Shown here: one piece after another, positions 34,438 to 40,597 of the stretch
Position numbering within the stretch: the stretch's first letter is position 1
Layout: each line of letters opens with the position of its first letter
Source: a virus
Reading direction: 5' to 3' (one strand)
UHGV virus genome: UHGV-0183645
DNA: 40,597 nucleotides
Notes under the pieces: model-generated
Seen by the model: the letters and a program-made list of their open reading frames with translations, nothing else
The model's database searches: none
What the model was told of the DNA's origin: nothing
Translations under genes and position numbers: made by a program

Positions 34438-34753
34438 AAAGGATAGCGAGGGTAGCTCATATTTGGAATATGGCCCAGCAGTATCCTTTAAGGCCGAGGA
34501 GTGGCCGGCAGGCGGGAAGGTACAGGCAGAGATGTATGGGCAGCGGTTGCCAAATATCCGCAACCTGAGAATCCAGGGGACCTATAAGGAAGTACCGGGA
34601 ACAGGTAAGGTATGCTATGCAGTCAAGGACGGCCCAGTCATCACAGCCAATGATGGGATATGCTTATGTGTTGACGGCGCCGCGGCGCCGGATTACAAGG
34701 TGGTTGCTATATATCCATATCGTTTCCTGGTTCTGGAGGTGGAAAAACTGTGA
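34382..34753 (+). CDS. head-tail adaptor / head closure protein
   Basis: ATG after a GGAGG RBS. Position and size. Confidence 0.45.
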   Translation: MRLRRSRLEMYHHREAIPKKDSEGSSYLEYGPAVSFKAEEWPAGGKVQAEMYGQRLPNIRNLRIQGTYKEVPGTGKVCYAVKDGPVITANDGICLCVDGAAAPDYKVVAIYPYRFLVLEVEKL

Positions 34754-35271
34754 TTGATGGACAAAAGGAGCTGGAAAGGAAGTTTGCGGCCCTGGAAGAG
34801 GTCTGTGACCAGCAGATGGAGCGGTTGGTAGGACAGCAGGTTAAACGCATACAGGCAGAAGCAAAACTTCTGTGTCCTGTCCGGCAGGGTGAATTAAGAA
34901 ACAGTATCAAGTCCATGACTGAGCGTATGGATGACCGGGTTATTGGGAATGTGTATACCAACAAAGCATATGCCATGTATGTTGAGATGGGAACCGGGCC
35001 AAAGGGGGCCGCAAACCATGCCGGGATATCCCCTGTAGCCAGTCCGGCCTATACCATGTCTCCCTGGTGGATACATGAAAGCCAGGTTGACAAAGAAGCC
35101 GCAGAAGAATATCACTGGTTTTACCTGGATACACCAGATGGCCGGTTTTACCAGTGTACAGGGCAGCCGGCACAGCCTTTTATGTATCCTGCCTTGAAAA
35201 ACAATGAGGACAAGGTGGTTGAAAGGATGGAAAAGGCCCTGAAACGCGAATTAAGAAAGGTGTGTAAGTAA
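34750..35271 (+). CDS. HK97 gp10-family tail component
   Basis: GELRNSIK…GNVYTNKAYAMYVEMGTG…PFMYPA pattern. Confidence 0.55.
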   Translation: MIDGQKELERKFAALEEVCDQQMERLVGQQVKRIQAEAKLLCPVRQGELRNSIKSMTERMDDRVIGNVYTNKAYAMYVEMGTGPKGAANHAGISPVASPAYTMSPWWIHESQVDKEAAEEYHWFYLDTPDGRFYQCTGQPAQPFMYPALKNNEDKVVERMEKALKRELRKVCK

Positions 35272-35630
35272 TGATTAATGTTAAGGACGAGGTGTATGCA
35301 GCTCTCCTCGCTGTTACAGATAACGTAACTGACTGTTATCCTAAAGACTGGGAGAAGGATTTATCCATTCAGTACATGGAAGAAGATAACAAGGTTGTAG
35401 AGTATACAGATATGAGGGAGCAGAAGGCCTATATTAGATATCGGATAGATATATGGCACAGAAAAAGTACAACTGCTGCAGCCGTAGCTGTGGATGCTGC
35501 AATTGAAAAGCTGGGACTGTTGCGTACAGGATGCCAGGATGTGGATGACCCAAGTGGAAGAAAGCACAAACAGATGAGATATGAAATGGTGATTGATGTA
35601 GATACCAAAGAGGTCTATCACGACATATAA
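35271..35630 (+). CDS. tail completion / terminator-like protein
   Basis: Position only. Confidence 0.4.
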   Translation: MINVKDEVYAALLAVTDNVTDCYPKDWEKDLSIQYMEEDNKVVEYTDMREQKAYIRYRIDIWHRKSTTAAAVAVDAAIEKLGLLRTGCQDVDDPSGRKHKQMRYEMVIDVDTKEVYHDI

Positions 35631-35644
35631 GAAAGGAGAATTGG

Positions 35645-36055
35645 ATGTTAGCTAATGGCGCGAAATTGGGATATAAGAAGTCAGGAGGCTCTACATTTAC
35701 AGACCTTCCAGGGCTTAAAGAAATCCCGGAAATGGGTATTGAACCAGAAAAGGTAGAGAATACTTGTCTGACTGACAAAAATAAGCAATACGAGAATGGT
35801 ATTGGTGATGCCGGTGATATTACATACAAATTTAAGTATGATAATTCCAAAGCCGATTGCCCATATCGTATCATGAGGGCGGCACAGGATGCGGGAGAGG
35901 TATTGTCATTCCAGGAAACGCTGATTGATGGCACTAAAACAGAATTTGACGGACAGGTATCCGTAAAAAGAACTGGCGGCGGAGTAAATGGTGTGATTGA
36001 ATTTAACCTTGCTATATCATTACAGAGCGATTTGACCGTGACGGACCCTGAATAA
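35645..36055 (+). CDS. major tail protein (TP901-1-like)
   Basis: GGSTFTDLPGLKEIPEMGIEPEKVENTCLTDKNKQYENGIGDAGDITYKFKYD fits the TP901-1 major-tail-protein family pattern. Confidence 0.65.
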   Translation: MLANGAKLGYKKSGGSTFTDLPGLKEIPEMGIEPEKVENTCLTDKNKQYENGIGDAGDITYKFKYDNSKADCPYRIMRAAQDAGEVLSFQETLIDGTKTEFDGQVSVKRTGGGVNGVIEFNLAISLQSDLTVTDPE

Positions 36056-36073
36056 TAAGGAGGATAATGGAAT

Positions 36074-36514
36074 ATGGGACAGTTTGGAATGGACGAAGAG
36101 AACGAGGCCGAGAAAAAGGTTGAAACAGTTGAGGAACTTAAGAAAAGAAGAAAGGCTTTTGCATATTGGACTGTTGGTGGAGAAGATTACAAACTTAAGC
36201 TTACCACCCAGCAGATTTGTAAATTGGAAGAAAAATTCCGATGTAATCTGGTGACGTTGATTATGCAGAGTGGTGGCTTGCCACAGTTGGGAATCATGCT
36301 AACAGTGATTCAGGCAGCCATGACGCCCTGGAAACACGGCGTTAAATATAAGGATGTACAGGCCTTGTATGACCAATATGCAGATGAGGGCGGAACACAG
36401 ATGGACCTCATGGTTGATGTTATCATGGAGATTATGTTGGTGAGCGGTTTTTTTACGGAGAACCAGAGGGAGAGTGTGATGGACAAGAGGGAGGACCTCA
36501 AGGACGAGATGTAA
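36074..36514 (+). CDS. tail assembly chaperone (gpG-like)
   Basis: Lies between the major tail and tape-measure genes. Acidic. Confidence 0.6.
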   Translation: MGQFGMDEENEAEKKVETVEELKKRRKAFAYWTVGGEDYKLKLTTQQICKLEEKFRCNLVTLIMQSGGLPQLGIMLTVIQAAMTPWKHGVKYKDVQALYDQYADEGGTQMDLMVDVIMEIMLVSGFFTENQRESVMDKREDLKDEM

Positions 36515-36936
36515 CTATATCCGACCTCGTTTATGAGTTATACCCTCTTGCTTTGGATTGTGGCATAAGGCCGGATGAATTCTGGGGATATTCCTTGGGT
36601 GAAATCCGCGACCTTATGGGCTCATATGCGAGGATGGAGCAGAGGCGGGTTAAGGAGCAGATTACCTCCCGTTTCCAATTATCTGACCTTATAGGGCTAC
36701 ACATGCAGAAGCTTTTTGACAACAAGAATGAGATTAAGCTTCCAAATGTATGGGATATATACCCGGATTTGTTCACCGAAGAACAGGAAGCTTATGAGGA
36801 GCGACAGAGAGCCGAAGCATTGGAACAGGCAAAGATATCCAGGCGAGAATATGCCGCAAGGTACAACGAGATACGCAGGCAGCGCGGCCTAATTAAAAAT
36901 ATGGAACAGAAAGGCGGTGAGGATAACGGATGGTAG
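36074..36936 (+). CDS. tail assembly chaperone GT fusion made by a -1 programmed frameshift at G-GTTTTTTT-A (36448..36454)
   Basis: The downstream ORF (36553..36936) lies in the -1 frame. That frame stays open back to the T7 tract inside the G gene. Confidence 0.5.
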
Positions 36937-39900
36937 TGGAATTACCCTTGAAAAGCTTAAGGTCATCATTGAGGCATACACGAAGCCATACCAGGAACAG
37001 ATGGAAAAGGTGCAGGCTAAGACAGCCCAGGTGACAAACCGGATAGAGCGTCAGACCGCCAGGATTGCAAATTCATGGAAGCGTGTGGGTGCCATATTGG
37101 CATCGGTACTAAGTATTGCGGCCATAGTAGCATTCGGAAAATCGTGTATCGAACTGGGGAGTAACCTAACCGAGGTGCAGAACGTTGTGGATGTCACCTT
37201 CGGCTCCATGTCCGGCAGGGTGGATGCATTTGCTAAAGATGCAGCAAAAGCATTTGGCCTGTCGGAGACAATGGCAAAGAAATACATGGGTACATATGGG
37301 GCAATGGCAAAGTCATTCGGCATAACAGGAAAGGCCGGATACGACATGTCGGCAGCCATAACAGGCCTTACGGGTGATGTTGCATCATTCTATAACCTTT
37401 CGCAGGACGAAGCCTATACGAAACTAAAGAGCATCTTCACCGGGGAGACGGAATCACTTAAGGATTTGGGCGTGGTCATGACCCAGACGGCACTTGACCA
37501 GTACGCCATGAACAACGGTTTCGGTAAGACCACGGCGAAGATGACTGAGCAGGAAAAGGTCATGCTACGGTATCAGTTTGTCATGTCCCAGCTTTCCGAT
37601 GCCTCAGGAGACTTCGCAAGGACAAGCGGTTCCTGGGCCAACCAGGTAAGGATTCTATCCCTGCAGTTTGACGCACTGAGGGCAACAATCGGGCAGGGGC
37701 TGATTAATGCATTTACCCCAGTAATCCAGGTGATTAATACCATCCTGGAAAAGCTGCAGACCCTTGCGGCGTACTTTAAAGCCTTTACGGCAGCAATATT
37801 TGGGGATGCGTCTGGTGGCGGAGCAGGAAATATGGCGGATTCCATGGATTCTGCAGCCGGTTCTTCTGGGAACATTGCGGATAACATGGGAAGCGCTGCA
37901 AACTCGGCCAAAGAAATGAATCGTCAACTTGCCAAGTTTGACGAACTTAACAACCTAAGTTCCAACCGAAATTCAGGAGGAGGTTCTGGCGGAGGTGGCG
38001 GTGGTGGTATCCTGGGTGACCTGGACCTTGGAATGGATAATGTACAGGCACAGGCAGACTTGATATCAAGCAAGATAATTGATGCCTTTAAGGTAGGTGA
38101 TTATTATTCTGTTGGTGCTTACATAGGGGCAGCCATAACTGATTCCCTTAGGAAAATCAATTGGAATGAGGCTTATGAGTCAGCGCGTGGGTTTGGACGT
38201 GGATTTGCACAGTTCCTTAATGGACTTATATCCCCAGACCTGTTCTGGGAGGTGGGGCATTCCATTGGTGGGGCGCTCAATACGGCCCTATATGCGGCAT
38301 TAGAATTTGGCAAGGATTTTGATTGGTCCAACTTTGGATTATCCGTAGCATCAGGAATAAACGGATTTTTCTCGACCTTTGATTTTTCTGCACTTGGAAG
38401 TGCGGCATCAGTGTTCGTGATAGGATTGTTGGATACAATTGCGACAGCCCTGGAAAATACGGATTGGTTTATGGTGGGACAGAAAATAGGGGAGTTTTTG
38501 GCAGCCCTGGACTGGGATACAATCCTTGCAATGACAGGAAGGCTCATAATCGCAGCTATTAGTGCAGGAATTAAGTTTTTTGCGGGACTTATGGATGCAG
38601 CACCAATAGAAGCTGCCATTTTGGCAGCAATTGCTCTTTTCAAATTTGCTGGTGTCGGTAGTTTGATAGCCAAAGGCATCCTGAAATCAATTGGCACGTC
38701 TGGAATAACGCTCAGTGGGCTTAAGATAGCGCTCACTGGATTTACAGTAGGGTTTGTTGGTGGCCCAGCATTTGATGTTATTGGTAATGCTATCATTGCT
38801 GGAATTGACGAATTTATCAGAGAAAACTTTGGTGAAAGTGCCCTCAATGCAATGGGAGAGGGGCTTCTTATTTCTGTTAGTGCAGGTATAGGGGCTATGT
38901 TTGGAGGTCCAATAGGAGCTTTAGTGGGCGGAATAATTGGGCTTCTGCTTGATACAATCCGAGGCGGAGAATGGGCAACTAAATTCTGGAAAGGTTTTGG
39001 AGATACGCTATTTAACTGGAGCTTTTCAAAAACATTACTCGGAACTTCCAAGGAGTTTTTTGAAAAAGCTTTTTCATCTGATAATTTTATTGATTTTGGT
39101 GTCAATATTATTGCTGGAATTGCATCAGGACTGACAGCGGGGGTGTCATTTCTGGTAGAGCCTATTGCTGATTTGCTTACATGGATAGTAAATGGAATAT
39201 GCGATATATTCGGAATTCATTCTCCCGCAAAGGAAATGGAACCTTACGGGCAATATATTTTGGAAGGCATTATAGAAGGTTTTAGAGCAACCTTTGGAGA
39301 ATGGACTGCATCTCTAAATGAATGGTATAATCAGCATATTACCCCGTGGTTTACAGTACAGAAATGGAGTGACTTGTACAATACGATTAAATCCAGCTTA
39401 AAAACAAAATGGGACGAAACTGTATTGCAATGGAAAACAGATATCCAAAACTGGTGGGACAACCATGTAACAAAATGGTTCACAAAGGAGAAATGGACAT
39501 CTGGCCTGACCGGAATAAAGGAAGGGTTTAAGGCGGCGTTTGATGCAGCAGTAGATGCCGCAAAACAGATATGGAATGATTTTGCCAAATGGCTGAATGA
39601 AAAGCTTACATTTACGATTGACCCAATTACAGTCATGGGAAAGACGGTATATGAAGGTGGAGAAATCAGCCTTGGAAAAATACCTACATTTGCGAGTGGA
39701 GGATTCCCGGATAAAGGACAGCTTTTCCTTGCCAGTGAAGCAGGGCCAGAATTGGTTGGCCGGATGGGTGGCAGGACTGCCGTGGCTAATAAGGACCAGA
39801 TTACTGATGGTATAGCAACAGCAGTATATGCGGCCAATACAGAACAGAACCAGCTTTTACGGGAACAGAATGAACTTTTACGGATGATTCTTGCAAAACC

Positions 39901-39991
39901 TGGAGTAAATAAGGATGATGTGGTGGACCTCTGGAGAGCTGGAGCATCTGATTATAAAAAGCAGACGGGTAGACAATTAGGGCTGACATAA
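36917..39991 (+). CDS. tail tape measure protein
   Basis: 1024 aa. N-terminal coiled-coil. Gly-rich GGGSGGGGGG segment. Multiple hydrophobic helices. Position after G/GT. Confidence 0.9.
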   Translation: MRITDGSGITLEKLKVIIEAYTKPYQEQMEKVQAKTAQVTNRIERQTARIANSWKRVGAILASVLSIAAIVAFGKSCIELGSNLTEVQNVVDVTFGSMSGRVDAFAKDAAKAFGLSETMAKKYMGTYGAMAKSFGITGKAGYDMSAAITGLTGDVASFYNLSQDEAYTKLKSIFTGETESLKDLGVVMTQTALDQYAMNNGFGKTTAKMTEQEKVMLRYQFVMSQLSDASGDFARTSGSWANQVRILSLQFDALRATIGQGLINAFTPVIQVINTILEKLQTLAAYFKAFTAAIFGDASGGGAGNMADSMDSAAGSSGNIADNMGSAANSAKEMNRQLAKFDELNNLSSNRNSGGGSGGGGGGGILGDLDLGMDNVQAQADLISSKIIDAFKVGDYYSVGAYIGAAITDSLRKINWNEAYESARGFGRGFAQFLNGLISPDLFWEVGHSIGGALNTALYAALEFGKDFDWSNFGLSVASGINGFFSTFDFSALGSAASVFVIGLLDTIATALENTDWFMVGQKIGEFLAALDWDTILAMTGRLIIAAISAGIKFFAGLMDAAPIEAAILAAIALFKFAGVGSLIAKGILKSIGTSGITLSGLKIALTGFTVGFVGGPAFDVIGNAIIAGIDEFIRENFGESALNAMGEGLLISVSAGIGAMFGGPIGALVGGIIGLLLDTIRGGEWATKFWKGFGDTLFNWSFSKTLLGTSKEFFEKAFSSDNFIDFGVNIIAGIASGLTAGVSFLVEPIADLLTWIVNGICDIFGIHSPAKEMEPYGQYILEGIIEGFRATFGEWTASLNEWYNQHITPWFTVQKWSDLYNTIKSSLKTKWDETVLQWKTDIQNWWDNHVTKWFTKEKWTSGLTGIKEGFKAAFDAAVDAAKQIWNDFAKWLNEKLTFTIDPITVMGKTVYEGGEISLGKIPTFASGGFPDKGQLFLASEAGPELVGRMGGRTAVANKDQITDGIATAVYAANTEQNQLLREQNELLRMILAKPGVNKDDVVDLWRAGASDYKKQTGRQLGLT

Positions 39992-39994
39992 TGA

Positions 39995-40023
39995 TTTACA
40001 TCCCCCTTATCTTTTGCTATAAT
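39995..40023 (+). promoter_or_regulatory. consensus sigma70 promoter (-35 TTTACA, 17 nt, -10 TATAAT)
   Basis: Seen directly. Followed by a GGGGGAG RBS and ATG 40055. Confidence 0.5.
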
Positions 40024-40054
40024 ATGTTATTATAATGAAGGGGGAGAATAAATC

Positions 40055-40597
40055 ATGTCATTAATCAAATGTCCAGAATGTGGAAAAGAAATAAGTGACA
40101 AGGCTACATCATGTCCGAATTGTGGTTGTCCTGTATCCGTTCCCAAAGAAAGTGATGTATTTTTGGATGCTAAAAAATTTAATAAGGAAAGTAAGAAGAT
40201 TAAAAAGGATAGTGGTGGTAAAGGAGAATCGGGTACTGCCCGTATGACTTTTGGGATAATATTGATTGTTTTATCGTTTATCGTTGGCTTCCAGTCATGT
40301 GCAGCAGGAATGGTTAATGCCTTGGAATCTGGTAGTGGAAATGACGGAATGATAGGATTCTTTACATGGATAGTCATGATAGTATGCGGCATTGTGAGTA
40401 TTACAACCAGGCGAACAAGGAGTCCGAAAACTCCACTGATTATAGGCATCATACTTTTGGTATATGGTTACCTAATTGGATTTATGTATAACGGTATTTT
40501 CAAAGATTTACAAATATGGGGTTGGTTATTAATGGTAGGGTCCCTAATATACATAAAAAGCTATAAAGCAATTAAAGATAACAATAAACAGAACTAA
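40055..40597 (+). CDS. zinc-ribbon membrane protein (CPECG…CPNCG plus 3-4 TM helices), moron
   Basis: Own promoter and RBS. Lies between the tape measure and the tail-tip genes. Confidence 0.6.
   Translation: MSLIKCPECGKEISDKATSCPNCGCPVSVPKESDVFLDAKKFNKESKKIKKDSGGKGESGTARMTFGIILIVLSFIVGFQSCAAGMVNALESGSGNDGMIGFFTWIVMIVCGIVSITTRRTRSPKTPLIIGIILLVYGYLIGFMYNGIFKDLQIWGWLLMVGSLIYIKSYKAIKDNNKQN

Noticed and set aside
37960-38010. Repetitive GGAGGTGGCGGTGGTGG stretch considered as a possible CRISPR or tandem repeat
   Set aside because: It encodes the GGGSGGGGGG linker of the tape measure protein. It shows no repeat-spacer architecture.
37051-39837. Long minus-strand ORFs (up to 310 aa) inside the tape measure gene
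   Set aside because: They are antisense frames of a Gly/Ala-rich gene and lack starts with RBS. Treated as spurious.

Overview
This window reads as a complete or near-complete temperate siphovirus (prophage) genome of a Gram-positive, Bacillota-like host. The host call rests on strong AGGAGG-type ribosome-binding sites (RBS), XkdX/XkdW-family genes, a choline-binding-repeat endolysin and ArpU, ImmA and CI-like regulators. Modules run in order as follows. Tail tip (1-4.5 kb): a Dit-like gene, a Tal-like gene with a C-terminal intramolecular-chaperone domain, and a tail fibre. Then XkdW/XkdX-like genes and the lysis cassette (holin, NlpC/P60 endolysin). An AT-rich accessory (moron) region (7.4-11.8 kb) carries a Ku plus ATP-dependent-ligase NHEJ operon behind a promoter with a near-consensus LexA (Cheo) box. 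A candidate attP with direct repeats follows, then a tyrosine integrase, an ImmA-like peptidase, a CI-like repressor and a Cro-like regulator at a switch with convergent promoters. Early genes (15-24.8 kb) include an HNH endonuclease, a Rad52-like single-strand annealing protein (SSAP), a NinB-like protein, an Hjc-like resolvase, a replisome organiser with internal iterons, a DnaC-like loader, an ASCH-domain protein and a Lar-family protein. A second XerD-like tyrosine recombinase, ArpU, a tRNA-Met(CAT) and a LexA DNA-binding-domain-only homologue come next. The packaging and morphogenesis genes close the window: terminase small subunit (TerS), terminase large subunit (TerL), portal, MuF-like protein, scaffold, major capsid, connectors, major tail, G/GT chaperones with a -1 slippery site, and tape measure. 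The last gene is a promoter-equipped zinc-ribbon membrane moron. The gene at the window end is followed by a terminator-like hairpin at the window start, which suggests a circularly permuted or circular contig. No CRISPR arrays or rRNA were seen. All calls are made by eye from motifs and layout, with no database searches.
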